Shown here: in pieces, positions 36,929 to 46,971 of the stretch | Position numbering within the stretch: the first letter of the stretch is position 1 | Layout: each line of letters starts with the position of its first letter | Source: Candidatus Iainarchaeum sp. | GTDB lineage: Archaea; Iainarchaeota; Iainarchaeia; Iainarchaeales; UBA10219 | Assembly (NCBI GenBank): GCA_018304425.1 | Contig: JAGVWE010000006.1 | Span: 3,175-67,174, forward strand | DNA length: 64,000 bases | Direction: 5' to 3' | The notes under the pieces: model-generated | Databases searched by the model: none | The model's input: only the letters and a program-made list of their open reading frames with translations | Told to the model about the DNA's origin: nothing | Program-made: the position numbers and the translations under genes

Positions 36929-36932
36929 CCCC

Positions 36933-38039
36933 TCAATCCTGCCTAACCGAATCCACAAAACAGTTAATTCTCTCCACTATTCTATGACCCGCTTTCCCGT
37001 CCCCGAACGGGCTGGAACCCGCAAAAGGCTTCCCGCCACCAGAACGGTTGAACTGCTTATACGCTTCAAGTATTTTTTTGACTGAATAACCTGCCAATAC
37101 CCCGTGACGGCCCAGCACTTCGGGGCGCTCGGTGTTGTTCCGCACAATGATAACCGGCTTTTTGTAAATGGTGGCCTCTTCTTGAATGCCGCCGGAGTCA
37201 GTTACCATTAACTTGCTGTGGCTGCATAAGTTCAGGAAATCGAGGTATCCAAGCGGTTCAATGAAGGAGAGGTTGGAGTGGTTCTTGAATTTATTGAACA
37301 ACCCAAATCGCTTGAGCATTTTGAGGGAGCGGGGATGAACCGGATAGATTACGGGCTCCTTGAATTTTGCCACGGCTGAAAGCACGGCTTTCAGTCTCGG
37401 CTTGACATCCACGGTTTCCTGGCGGTGGGCCGTGAGCACCACATAAGCGCCTTCCTCCAGTGAAAGACGCTCTAGAATCCGTGATTTTTTGGCCTTGTGC
37501 AGGTTTTTGGTGGTGGCTTCCACAATGGGGTTGCCGGTGAGGAAAATAGTCTTCCTATCCACGCCCTCTGCCTGCAGGTTCCCCACGGCAGTCTTGGTCG
37601 GCGCAAAGTTCAGCAAAGCCAGATGGTCGGCCATGATGCGGTTTACCTCTTCGGGCATGTTCAGGTCAAAGCTCCGCAAACCGGCTTCCACGTGCGCGAA
37701 CGGAACGCCCATCTTAGCTGAAACAAGGGCTGCGGCAAGAACGGAGTTTGTGTCTCCTTCGGCCACCACCAGAGCGGGTTCCTTGCCCTTGAACGCCCGC
37801 GCCAATGCCGAAACCATTTTGTCGACTTGCCTTCCATTGCTTTCCTCTACAACGCCCAGATTGAGATCCGGAGAGGGGAGGGCCAACTCATTCAAAAAAA
37901 CCGAGCTTAGGGAAGGGCTGTAATGCTGCCCTGTGTGAACAAGCAACAAATTTTTCCGATAACGTTTCTTGAGTGACTTCACGATGGGGGAAAGCTTTAT
38001 TATTTCGGGCCTGGTTCCAAACACGATAGCAATACGCAT
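36933..38039 (-). CDS. wecB: UDP-N-acetylglucosamine 2-epimerase (non-hydrolysing)
   Basis: FGTRPEIIK, HTGQHY, GDT, HVEAGLRS, PEEVNR, TDSGGIQEEA, TERPE, PFGDG. Confidence 0.95.
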   Translation of the reverse strand: MRIAIVFGTRPEIIKLSPIVKSLKKRYRKNLLLVHTGQHYSPSLSSVFLNELALPSPDLNLGVVEESNGRQVDKMVSALARAFKGKEPALVVAEGDTNSVLAAALVSAKMGVPFAHVEAGLRSFDLNMPEEVNRIMADHLALLNFAPTKTAVGNLQAEGVDRKTIFLTGNPIVEATTKNLHKAKKSRILERLSLEEGAYVVLTAHRQETVDVKPRLKAVLSAVAKFKEPVIYPVHPRSLKMLKRFGLFNKFKNHSNLSFIEPLGYLDFLNLCSHSKLMVTDSGGIQEEATIYKKPVIIVRNNTERPEVLGRHGVLAGYSVKKILEAYKQFNRSGGGKPFAGSSPFGDGKAGHRIVERINCFVDSVRQD

Positions 38040-38047
38040 AGCATCCC

Positions 38048-38857
38048 TTACTTCAGCGCCACGGCCGTTGTGCCATACCCAAAATAATTGAGGGGAAAGG
38101 TCTTTCTTAGTTTGTCAATCAAACGCTGGAATGGGAGGGTAAAAGGCAGGTAAGCGCAAAGATATGGAATACAAAGGGTGGAGGCCTCTAAGGCTCGAAC
38201 CTGGAACTTGGCTTGCCTCAGCCGGTGCAAGAAAACCCAGGGGTATTGCCATAAGTGGGGGAACTCTTCCTTGCAGGCATATTTTTCATAGACTCCCTGA
38301 CCAAGCAAGTTAACGAGCACCAGAAAAACCCCTTTGAGCAGCGCAACAGGCGCATTTAATGTGAGCTCCCAGAACCTTCCGCCCCCAATCATTGTCATGC
38401 TGCAAAGGTTTAAACAGGTTGGCACTGCAATGACCGCTCGGGAGTTGGTTACCCGCCATATCTCTCTTAGGCCCTTGTCAAAGTCAGGCAAGTGCTCCAA
38501 TACATGGGACGAGACGACGCAGTCAAAGCCATTATCCTTGAAGGGTAGGTTTTCAGCGTCTGCCACGACAAAGTAAACGTTTTGCACGTCTTTCTCTGAA
38601 AGGATGCGTCGTGCGGTCTGAATGTTGGGACAGGAGAGGTCAACCGCTACGAGGGCGCGGCAGTTGTGCGCGAGAAGGAAGGCCAATACGCCTTCCCCGC
38701 AGCCGGTGTCCAAGACGAAAGCATGAGGTGGAACATGCTCGACAATGGAGGCATACTGCTGGCGGTGGGCATACCGGCGGAGGGGGTTAGGAGACTCGAA
38801 GCGCTTGGCCCAAATCGCGTCCGCGTGAGCGAAATAGCCCTCCTTTGTCTTGTCCAT
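38048..38857 (-). CDS. class I SAM-dependent methyltransferase
   Basis: VLDTGCGEG, DAENLPFKDNGFD, SHVLEHL. Confidence 0.9.
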   Translation of the reverse strand: MDKTKEGYFAHADAIWAKRFESPNPLRRYAHRQQYASIVEHVPPHAFVLDTGCGEGVLAFLLAHNCRALVAVDLSCPNIQTARRILSEKDVQNVYFVVADAENLPFKDNGFDCVVSSHVLEHLPDFDKGLREIWRVTNSRAVIAVPTCLNLCSMTMIGGGRFWELTLNAPVALLKGVFLVLVNLLGQGVYEKYACKEEFPHLWQYPWVFLHRLRQAKFQVRALEASTLCIPYLCAYLPFTLPFQRLIDKLRKTFPLNYFGYGTTAVALK

Positions 38858-40059
38858 TAAGCATCTCCCTCGATGAAGCCAAGGACTGCCCTTGCCCTCT
38901 TTTCCCAGGTATATTTTTGCATTACTTCTTTTTTCGCGTTTTCGCCGATTTTTTTCGCAAGCGCCTCATCAGTCAGAACCCGTAAAATACCGTTGGCAAG
39001 GGATTCCGAGTCAGATGGCCTGACAAGAACGGCGCTTGTCCCATCCTGCAGTATTTCCCGTATCGATGGAAGACCAGTGGCCACAATGGGTTTTCCGGCG
39101 GCCATGTACTCGAATAATTTTAGAGGGGATGCGTAATACGCGAAATGCTCGGTCCATGGGAAGGGGATGACACAGACGTCAAAGGAATTAATGAATTGCT
39201 TGACTTCAGCCGGCACAACATAGTCGAATACCAACAGTTTTTCGTTCATGCCAAGCTTGGCCGCCAAAGTCGTATACCCTGGAATCATCTCCTTGGGCCC
39301 TCCGACCAGGCACAGCATTGTTTCAGGAAATTTCCGCAAAACAATCTGCATGGCTTGAATCAGCGTCTCGAGCCCTTTTTCCATGCCAAGCGTGTGGAAC
39401 CGGCCAATGTAGCCGATTATTTTTTTGTCCGGCAAGCCAAGCCGTTCCTTTGTGGTTACCGAAGGCTCAGAAAACGAAAGCACGCGTTCGTCAACAGCGT
39501 CATGGGCCACAAGGATCCTTTCAGGTCGTATGCCGGCAAGCTTTGAAAGCCTCTCCCTGGTTGCATGGGTCAGAACAACGTAGGAAAAGCGCTTGGAGAG
39601 CGCCAGCAAAAAGAAAATGGAGTGGGGATGCAGGGAGTGAAGTTCAAAAACCACCCTTATTTTCTTGAACAAGGCGATTAACCTGAGAAGGCTCGCGGTA
39701 GGGTAATCCCTTACATAATAAATGTCGGCTGTGTCACGCAAGAGAAGGAAAAAAAACAAGGCGAAGAGAAAACTCGCACAATATAGTGGAAACGCCAGCA
39801 ACCGTTGCACGATGTAGGGGGTAACCTCAAGCAGGTCAATGCAGGGCAGTTGCCTGAAGTTAAATGGGTTTACGCCATAATAAGAAAAAATATTTGGGCT
39901 GTGTTGGGCCCTCATTTCCTTTGACTGGTGCCATCGTTTTGGAACAATCAAGGTGACTTCAAGCCCTTTGGAGACAAGGGCGCTGCAGAACTTCATAATC
40001 TGATTGCTTTGGGCCTTTTCCGAGGGAATTCGGGCAAGCGACAGGTAAACCAACTTCAT
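38857..40059 (-). CDS. GT4 glycosyltransferase
   Basis: ELH, GYIG...KGL, SPLKLFEYMAAGKPIV, YTWEKRA. Confidence 0.92.
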   Translation of the reverse strand: MKLVYLSLARIPSEKAQSNQIMKFCSALVSKGLEVTLIVPKRWHQSKEMRAQHSPNIFSYYGVNPFNFRQLPCIDLLEVTPYIVQRLLAFPLYCASFLFALFFFLLLRDTADIYYVRDYPTASLLRLIALFKKIRVVFELHSLHPHSIFFLLALSKRFSYVVLTHATRERLSKLAGIRPERILVAHDAVDERVLSFSEPSVTTKERLGLPDKKIIGYIGRFHTLGMEKGLETLIQAMQIVLRKFPETMLCLVGGPKEMIPGYTTLAAKLGMNEKLLVFDYVVPAEVKQFINSFDVCVIPFPWTEHFAYYASPLKLFEYMAAGKPIVATGLPSIREILQDGTSAVLVRPSDSESLANGILRVLTDEALAKKIGENAKKEVMQKYTWEKRARAVLGFIEGDA

Positions 40060-41123
40060 GCAAGGCAACCCCTAAACACGTTAACCAGGTTATTGGCCAG
40101 GTTTTTTATAGAGTGCTTTTCCACTACCCTCCTTCGAAGCCCTTTGGAAAGGCGGGCCCGCTGTTTTTGGTCAAGGCTTAAAACAAACTCTATTTTCTTG
40201 GCAAGGCTTGTTGAGTCACCCTCAGCAAAGAAAAGAGGTTCACCAAACGCACCCAACAGTTTTTTCAGGGCTATATTCGAAGTCAACAGAAGGAGCCCGG
40301 TTGACATCGCTTCAAGTGCTGCCTTGTCAATGCTTCCCGTTCTGCTTGCGTGAAGAAACACCCCATAGCCACGCAAGCGGGTGGGCAACGCAGAGAAAGC
40401 CACGCCGCCCAAAAAGCACACGGTTTTTTCCAACCAGCATGCCAAGACTTTTTGCTTGAGCGAAGCAAGATAAGCAATACCTTGAGGCATTAGGGGTTCA
40501 CCGATGACGTCAAGCATGAGGTCTTGGAATCCCCGAGTTCTAAGCCGGGACATCGCCGCAACCAGGGTTTCATAGTCTTTGATAGGGCTTATTCTGCCCA
40601 CCGAGACAAATTTTCTTGCGTCTGGAATAAATCCAGGCAAGGGCTTAAAAAAATCGGTGTCAATGCCCTGGCCTACCACGACTTTCTTTGGGCTGGGAAG
40701 GCGAAAGCCTTCCGCAGAGGAGGTTACAATTTTCGTGGCAAACGCCTCTGCTACCCGAAGCAGCAGGCTAACGTTTTTATGGGCGTACCACATCACAATT
40801 GGTTTCCCATACAGCGCAGCAAATGGGGCCATCAAGAGCGTGAATTCAGGAAACATGTGGCAGAAGATGACGTCCACCCGGTGCCGGGAAAAAATCATGG
40901 AAACGGTTTTCAGGAAGCGGGGCAACAAAAACAGGGGGTGAGGCACGCGCGATTTGTTTAGTGAATAGATGGTGATGTTCGGCGGCAGGTTTGTTTCGCA
41001 GGCATCCAAAGTCAACACCACAAGTGAATCCACTTGGGTTGCCAGTGCCCTAATCCAGCCACAGGCAAAACCCAGGAAGGGGTCGGATGGATCCACTTTG
41101 GGGGTGAACATCAGGACGTTCAT
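40056..41123 (-). CDS. GT4 glycosyltransferase
   Basis: GQGIDT, SVGRISPIK, TGSIDKAALEAM. Start ATG 41123. Confidence 0.9.
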   Translation of the reverse strand: MNVLMFTPKVDPSDPFLGFACGWIRALATQVDSLVVLTLDACETNLPPNITIYSLNKSRVPHPLFLLPRFLKTVSMIFSRHRVDVIFCHMFPEFTLLMAPFAALYGKPIVMWYAHKNVSLLLRVAEAFATKIVTSSAEGFRLPSPKKVVVGQGIDTDFFKPLPGFIPDARKFVSVGRISPIKDYETLVAAMSRLRTRGFQDLMLDVIGEPLMPQGIAYLASLKQKVLACWLEKTVCFLGGVAFSALPTRLRGYGVFLHASRTGSIDKAALEAMSTGLLLLTSNIALKKLLGAFGEPLFFAEGDSTSLAKKIEFVLSLDQKQRARLSKGLRRRVVEKHSIKNLANNLVNVFRGCLA

Positions 41124-43012
41124 GGTTTTCCCCTGTGGCTGCCCCCCAGAATGAACAACCGGTGCCATTCGGAGAAGGCCAAGAGCGTCATAAGCTTGGA
41201 TATCTGACGGCTACGCCATTTCTTCTGTGCCGCGATCCGCTCGACGAGGGCATGCACGGCGCGGTCGTCGAAAAGGTTGCAATGAGCCTTTAATTCTCCA
41301 AACCGTTGTTCGGCGTATTCCCGCAGTTCCGCGTCAAACCAAAGTTTCAACGGCAGCTGGAAGCCCTGCTTGGCACGCGCCAAAATAGGCGGTGGCAGCT
41401 TGTCTTTGACGCTCTTCAAATAAAGGTAGCGCAATCCCCCTTTTCCAAACCCTTTCACCAATAGGTTGAGCGGGAGGGTAAATGAAAACTCGACCAGTTT
41501 GTGGCTGGCCAGGGGAACCCTTCCCTCCAATGAATGCGCCATCGTTATTTTGTCGAAATTTTGCAGAACGTAGTACTGGAACCAGTTCGCATAATCTGCG
41601 TAGCGCAGTTGATTGAGGTAATCGAATTTCCGGGCCGCCGAAAAATATTGGGCTGCAAGCCTTTTCGGCGTATCTGCCAGCACTTGACTTTTGACTTCCT
41701 CCGAGACCACCAGCCGCTTCTCGTCCTCATCCATCACGGCATTGACGGCCAAATAGTTCTCTTCGAGGGTCTTCTCAGCGAAGCGGAGGGGGCTTTGAAG
41801 CGAGGGCGCAAATTCGAAGGGAGCGTGTCGACCCGCCATGGAGGCTAGGAGGCGCCGGACAGGGGATGGCAGGCATTCGAAAGCCCTTTGTGTTTTGGCG
41901 AGGAGATACTTTTCATAGGTGGCAAAAGCTTCGTCGCCTCCGCTACCTGTGAGAACAACTTTCACGTGCTTTCTCGCCAATTCCGCCAGGTAATATTCTG
42001 CGATATAGTGTTCTGGGGCCGTCGGCTGCTCGAGGTGCCACAGGATTTTTGATAAATCGCGGAGGACACGCGGTTTGACGATGAACTCATGGTGGTCGGT
42101 GTCATAGAGACGTGCTATTTCAGCGGCGTACGGCAGCTCGTTGTAGCAACCTTCACTCTCAAACCCTATGGTGAAACTGGCAAGGGGCACCTCGCTTGAC
42201 TCGCGCAAAAAGCCGAGCACGGCGCTGGAATCGATGCCGCCAGACAGATAAATCCCGATGGGCACGTCGCTTATTAGGCGTTCCTGCACGGCTTGTCGGA
42301 TTACTTCGCGCGTGCGGGCAATGAAATAAGCCTCAGTGCCGGTAGAAATGTTTTCTTTCAGTTGCCAATAGCGCCAGCAACGGATGCCAGCAGCATCCAC
42401 CGTCATGGCATGGGCGGCAGGCAGGCTAAAGACGCCTTTGAACATGGTTTCGGGGGTGGGCACGAATCTGAAGGTGAGATAGCCGTCCAATGCTTGGAAG
42501 TTCACTTCCGGTTCCACTGCAGGGAATGCAAGCAGGGCCTTTATTTCCGAAGCAAAAAGGAATACCCCTTCATTCTGCCAATAGTAAAGGGGTTTCTTAC
42601 CTGTTCGATCGCGTGCCAAAAACAATTGTTTTTTGTTTGCATCCCAGATCGCGAAGGCAAACATGCCGTTCAAGCGTTGAAGGCAATCAAAACCGTATTC
42701 CTCGTAGGCATGGATGACGGATTCCGTATCGGCATTCGTGGCGAATCTGTGGCCTTTTGCCTCTAGTTCCTGCCGTAATTCCCTGTAGTTCCAGATTTCA
42801 CCATTGAAAACAATCCACACGCTGCCGTCCTCGTTGGACATCGGCTGGTGCCCGCCTGCGAGGTCAATAATGCTTAAGCGACGGAATCCCAATTCGAGGT
42901 TTTTGTCAGAGTAATAGCCTTCGTCGTCGGGGCCGCGGTGTTCCATGATTCGAGTCATGGACTTAATCAATTGCTTGTCATTGAATCCATACACGCCACA
43001 AATGCCGCACAC
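41120..43012 (-). CDS. asnB: asparagine synthase-like glutamine amidotransferase (glycan amidation type)
   Basis: GTG 43012 gives (M)CGICG with the Ntn nucleophile. HRGPD, RRLSIID, NGEI, LSGGIDSS, GGDE, EGRVP, KQGF. Confidence 0.93.
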   Translation of the reverse strand: MCGICGVYGFNDKQLIKSMTRIMEHRGPDDEGYYSDKNLELGFRRLSIIDLAGGHQPMSNEDGSVWIVFNGEIWNYRELRQELEAKGHRFATNADTESVIHAYEEYGFDCLQRLNGMFAFAIWDANKKQLFLARDRTGKKPLYYWQNEGVFLFASEIKALLAFPAVEPEVNFQALDGYLTFRFVPTPETMFKGVFSLPAAHAMTVDAAGIRCWRYWQLKENISTGTEAYFIARTREVIRQAVQERLISDVPIGIYLSGGIDSSAVLGFLRESSEVPLASFTIGFESEGCYNELPYAAEIARLYDTDHHEFIVKPRVLRDLSKILWHLEQPTAPEHYIAEYYLAELARKHVKVVLTGSGGDEAFATYEKYLLAKTQRAFECLPSPVRRLLASMAGRHAPFEFAPSLQSPLRFAEKTLEENYLAVNAVMDEDEKRLVVSEEVKSQVLADTPKRLAAQYFSAARKFDYLNQLRYADYANWFQYYVLQNFDKITMAHSLEGRVPLASHKLVEFSFTLPLNLLVKGFGKGGLRYLYLKSVKDKLPPPILARAKQGFQLPLKLWFDAELREYAEQRFGELKAHCNLFDDRAVHALVERIAAQKKWRSRQISKLMTLLAFSEWHRLFILGGSHRGKP

Positions 43013-43017
43013 GAAAA

Positions 43018-44646
43018 TCACTTGACCCCATACAGCTCTATTGTTTCACCGTTTCTTTGACTAAACGCCTTAACTAATTCAAAACCTTGGCTTCCCTTAA
43101 CCTTTTGCCATAAATGCCCTTGATTTCCATCGTATAAAACAATGTATACCGGCAACCCTTTTCCTTTTAATCCCTGTACTCTGCGGTCGAATTCGTTAAC
43201 TGGGAATTCCGTTACCTTTCGTGAATGTCGCCTGTCATACTTAAGCGTGTAAAAAGAGAAATTAACCCAGTTCACCCGAATGTCATGCGAGGCAAGAATC
43301 ACCGCTGAATTGTCCGGAAAACTGTCAACAACGTATTTTGCTATATTGTCCAGATCTATCGTTGAGTAGCTGTTAGCATACGTGAAGATTGTCTCCTGCT
43401 TGTTCCCGACCAGCACAAAAGAGGGCAAGGCCACTGAAAGAATTAACAGAAACAGAATCTTCCGTTCATGGCCAACGAAAAACGTTTTCGCCAGCGAATT
43501 CGCTTCATTGAAGGCAACCAAGAAAAAAGCGGCAATCATCGGAAAGACAAACCTTGGCTCCTTGTTCGGAATAAGCGTAAAAACAACGAAGTAAACGGCG
43601 GTTAGTACAAGCAAAACCCGGGCAGCCGGATTTTTGTTTCTAAAAGCCCCATACAAACCAACCAAGCCAATCAAGAAAAGAGGCCAGTTTGCCACTTCAA
43701 GCAGAGCAACGAGGTAAAAAGCGATAACCCTTGCACCCATCGAAGAGATAGCGGATGAAGCGGAAAGTTTTTCGCTGCCTGGCAAAAGCCAGCCAAGAGT
43801 ATTTCCAATCAATGTTCCCCTCTCGGTTGAGTCCTCGGGAAAAAAGCCTGCAAACACGAGAACAAGTGCCAAGTAAAGCAAAAAACCGAGAAAGGCGCAG
43901 CCAAGAATTCTAACATTCTTCTGCCTCAAAAACACAAACGACCGGTGCTTGAGTAATAAGTAGAAGAATATTATTGGGAAAACCAGGGCAGCCGGAAACT
44001 TGATCATTGAACCAAGAAAGGCAGAGGCCGCTGCAAGAAAAGCGGGCCTGTTCAAACCTGATTGCTCGCTTTTCAGGAAATAATAAAGTGTTGCGAGAAC
44101 TGCAAAAGTCGAAGGGACATCCCGCATAATTAAAACAGAATGCTGCAGGAAAATAAAGCTCAGAGAAAAAGCCACGGTCGAAGCAATGGCGGCCGCCCTG
44201 CCAAATACTTGTCTGCCAAGCTTGTAAACAAAAACCAAGGCCAAAAACGAAAAAACCGTTGAAACGATTCTTGCAGCAAAGTCATTAACCCCAAACGCAG
44301 CAAACGAAGCAGCCATAACAAGTGCATACGCTGGCGGATAATTGAAGCCAGAGGAAAAGATTGCAAAGTAATTGGAAATATAACCGTAAACATATGTATA
44401 CAGCCAAGTGCCTGAAAGGCTTGTTGGCAGAGAATTCAAGAAATCTTTTGCAAGGTCATACACGAATATGCCCGCAATGGTGTGGCTACCTTCATCCCAC
44501 GTCAAAGAAAGATTGGATGCAAGTAAGAAAGTGAACACAGAGTAAGCAAAAAGATAGCCTATAAGAGCAGTCTCCGCCTTATGTACAATGCCATGGTTGC
44601 TGGCAATGGCGCCAAAATAGGCTCGTACCCTTTCAATAGAATTCAT
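43018..44646 (-). CDS. GT-C membrane glycosyltransferase, homolog of 24870..26552
   Basis: LTWDEGSHT, YPP, AARI, RDVP, NKEPRF, YDRRH. Confidence 0.85.
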   Translation of the reverse strand: MNSIERVRAYFGAIASNHGIVHKAETALIGYLFAYSVFTFLLASNLSLTWDEGSHTIAGIFVYDLAKDFLNSLPTSLSGTWLYTYVYGYISNYFAIFSSGFNYPPAYALVMAASFAAFGVNDFAARIVSTVFSFLALVFVYKLGRQVFGRAAAIASTVAFSLSFIFLQHSVLIMRDVPSTFAVLATLYYFLKSEQSGLNRPAFLAAASAFLGSMIKFPAALVFPIIFFYLLLKHRSFVFLRQKNVRILGCAFLGFLLYLALVLVFAGFFPEDSTERGTLIGNTLGWLLPGSEKLSASSAISSMGARVIAFYLVALLEVANWPLFLIGLVGLYGAFRNKNPAARVLLVLTAVYFVVFTLIPNKEPRFVFPMIAAFFLVAFNEANSLAKTFFVGHERKILFLLILSVALPSFVLVGNKQETIFTYANSYSTIDLDNIAKYVVDSFPDNSAVILASHDIRVNWVNFSFYTLKYDRRHSRKVTEFPVNEFDRRVQGLKGKGLPVYIVLYDGNQGHLWQKVKGSQGFELVKAFSQRNGETIELYGVK

Positions 44647-45835
44647 AGTTTCCCTGCCCCACCGTTGCCAAGAGTGAATGGTAATGGTCATAAAAGGATT
44701 GCTCCGAATACCGTCGGCGCACCAGTTCCCTGCCTTTTAAGCCTATTGAGGCTGCCTTGTCGGGGTGGTCAAATAAGTAAATCATTTTCTCGGCAAGTGC
44801 TTTGGGGTTCCTTGGCTTTACGAGGAAGCCGTTGACCCCATCGGTTACCAACTCAGGTATGGGCCCAATGGCAGTGGTTATTACGGGTTTGCCACAGGCA
44901 TTTGCTTCAACGATAACCCTACCAAAACCCTCGGAGAGGGTGGGAAAAACCAAAAGAGTGGAAGCAGCATACTCTTTTGCTAACTCCGCCAAGGACAGAA
45001 AGCCTTGAAATGCGACATTCTGTGTTAATCCCAGCTTGCCTACAAGTTCCTCCAACTCTTTCTTCCTTGGTCCTCCACCCCTAATCACTAGCCTAGCAGC
45101 TGGATGGCATTTAACAACTTCCGCCATTGCCAAGATAGTATCTTCGGGGGCTTTTCTCTTTCCAAGCGTTCCAACAAATAAAGCAATTTTTTCCTTGTTT
45201 TTGTTTTGTTGGGCTAAAAAAGGCTTCAAATCCATGTATCCCGGAAAAATGATAATGGGCTTTCCTGGCACCAACTGCTCGATTTTTTGCTTCATGTAGG
45301 CGGTTACGGCCCTAATCCAGTCTGCATGCGAAAAAGAATTTTTCACTACATAATGCAAGGCGCCTTTAGCCAGCCACTGAAAGGGCCCGCTCATCTCATG
45401 CAAATATGTTTCCTCCCACTCCCCGTGACAGTGAACAAGCAATTTTACCTCTCTCCCAAGAAGCCTTAGGAGTGAAGTAAGCCCTGAAGAGACAAATCCT
45501 GACACCACTGGATCCTCAGCATCTATGATGCGGACATTTCTTCGTAAGGCCAGCCATAATCCAAGAAAGCCGGTTACCAGAGTGTACCATAGGATATCCA
45601 AAAATGCTATTGGAAGCACGGGCACTAAGTGAAAATCTGCTCCACAACGGAATTTCAAAAATCTTGGCTGGTTTGTCCGCGCAATCACCGTTAACTGGTG
45701 TCCCTGAGAAAGATTCAACCACTTTGCCCGAATGCTATTATCAAATGGAACCACGTTGGCGCTCCATTTAACCCTCTTTTCAGTGCATTTGTTCGACTGA
45801 ACATAAATTGTTCGGCCGATAAACAACACGTTCAT
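44633..45835 (-). CDS. GT4 glycosyltransferase
   Basis: FVGTL...K, EGFGRVIVEANACGKP, DGVNG. Confidence 0.92.
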   Translation of the reverse strand: MNVLFIGRTIYVQSNKCTEKRVKWSANVVPFDNSIRAKWLNLSQGHQLTVIARTNQPRFLKFRCGADFHLVPVLPIAFLDILWYTLVTGFLGLWLALRRNVRIIDAEDPVVSGFVSSGLTSLLRLLGREVKLLVHCHGEWEETYLHEMSGPFQWLAKGALHYVVKNSFSHADWIRAVTAYMKQKIEQLVPGKPIIIFPGYMDLKPFLAQQNKNKEKIALFVGTLGKRKAPEDTILAMAEVVKCHPAARLVIRGGGPRKKELEELVGKLGLTQNVAFQGFLSLAELAKEYAASTLLVFPTLSEGFGRVIVEANACGKPVITTAIGPIPELVTDGVNGFLVKPRNPKALAEKMIYLFDHPDKAASIGLKGRELVRRRYSEQSFYDHYHSLLATVGQGNYEFY

Positions 45836-46971
45836 TGCTTCATCCCCTGTGCTTCCTCGAACACGGCCAGCGTGGCGTCGGCAAGCTTTCCCCAGGAATA
45901 ACCTTTAACCTTTTGCTTCGCGTTTTTGACGAGTTCCCGCGCAAAAGCCTGGTTGGAGAGCACTTGCTTGAGCCTGTCTGCCAGTTGGTTTAAGTCATGG
46001 GAATCAACGAGCAAGCCGTTCACGCCGTCTTCAATGAGTTCCCGGTTAGGTTCAAGGTCAGAGGCAAGAACGGGTGCACCAGCAGCCATGGCTTCCAAGA
46101 GCAAGTGGCTTTGGCCTTCGTATGAGCTGTACAAGACAAAGGCATCGCAAACGGAAAGGAACTGGAGGACTTTTTCGTGGGGTTGCCGCCCCAAAAACAA
46201 GGCATCCACCTTCAGTCGCTGCGCCAGTTCCTTGAGGTTCCGCTCCTGGTCCCCTTCCCCAATCACAACCAGCAGGGCATTGATTTTGTGGGCAGCCATG
46301 CATTCAATGATTTTGTCCACGCGCTTGAAGGGATAGAGGCGGCCAATCGTTAACACGATTGTTTGGTTGGACGGCAAACCCAGCGAGTCTCTTGTTAGTT
46401 CCGTGGTTGGAGGCTCCACCGCGTTTGAGACCAGGCGAAACTTGTTTTCCGGAATGCCCCACCCAGCCCACAACCGTTTATTGTAATTGCTCGGGACAAT
46501 GACAAAGTCAGCTCTATGGGCAACAAATTCCTGAATGAAACGAAGCAATTCAACTCGCAAGCCGAAGCGTTTTTGCTGGAATTCCTCAATATCCACTGCG
46601 CTACCAAGCCATCCTACGCGGACAGCATGCTCCCATGCAAAATTGCCTACAAGCCGAAGAATAAACGGCTTGTTCATAAGTTTGGCGGCGATTAAGGCAG
46701 GAACTCCTGCAATGACAGGATCAGTGGCAAGGATTACGTCACATTTTCTGGCATGAATTAACGCTTTCCAGGTCGCTAAAGGGATTTTAACCAATGGATG
46801 AAGGGTTCCATTAACCCAGAAAATGCTTTCCCTTGATGAACTCGGTTCACCATAAGTAATTACCTCCACTGAATGGCCTTTGGCTTTAAGCCGTTGAGAA
46901 AATTGCTTGCAATACGTTGCAGGACCGCCAATCTGGGGCGGGAATATACCTGAAAGAATGCATGCCTTCAT
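45832..46971 (-). CDS. GT4 glycosyltransferase
   Basis: FPPQIGGPATY, GRLYPFK, YEGQSHLLLEAMAAG. Confidence 0.92.
   Translation of the reverse strand: MKACILSGIFPPQIGGPATYCKQFSQRLKAKGHSVEVITYGEPSSSRESIFWVNGTLHPLVKIPLATWKALIHARKCDVILATDPVIAGVPALIAAKLMNKPFILRLVGNFAWEHAVRVGWLGSAVDIEEFQQKRFGLRVELLRFIQEFVAHRADFVIVPSNYNKRLWAGWGIPENKFRLVSNAVEPPTTELTRDSLGLPSNQTIVLTIGRLYPFKRVDKIIECMAAHKINALLVVIGEGDQERNLKELAQRLKVDALFLGRQPHEKVLQFLSVCDAFVLYSSYEGQSHLLLEAMAAGAPVLASDLEPNRELIEDGVNGLLVDSHDLNQLADRLKQVLSNQAFARELVKNAKQKVKGYSWGKLADATLAVFEEAQGMKQ

Noticed and set aside
41120-43012. AsnB as a housekeeping asparagine synthetase
   Set aside because: It is translationally coupled within a glycosyltransferase operon, so glycan amidation is more likely.
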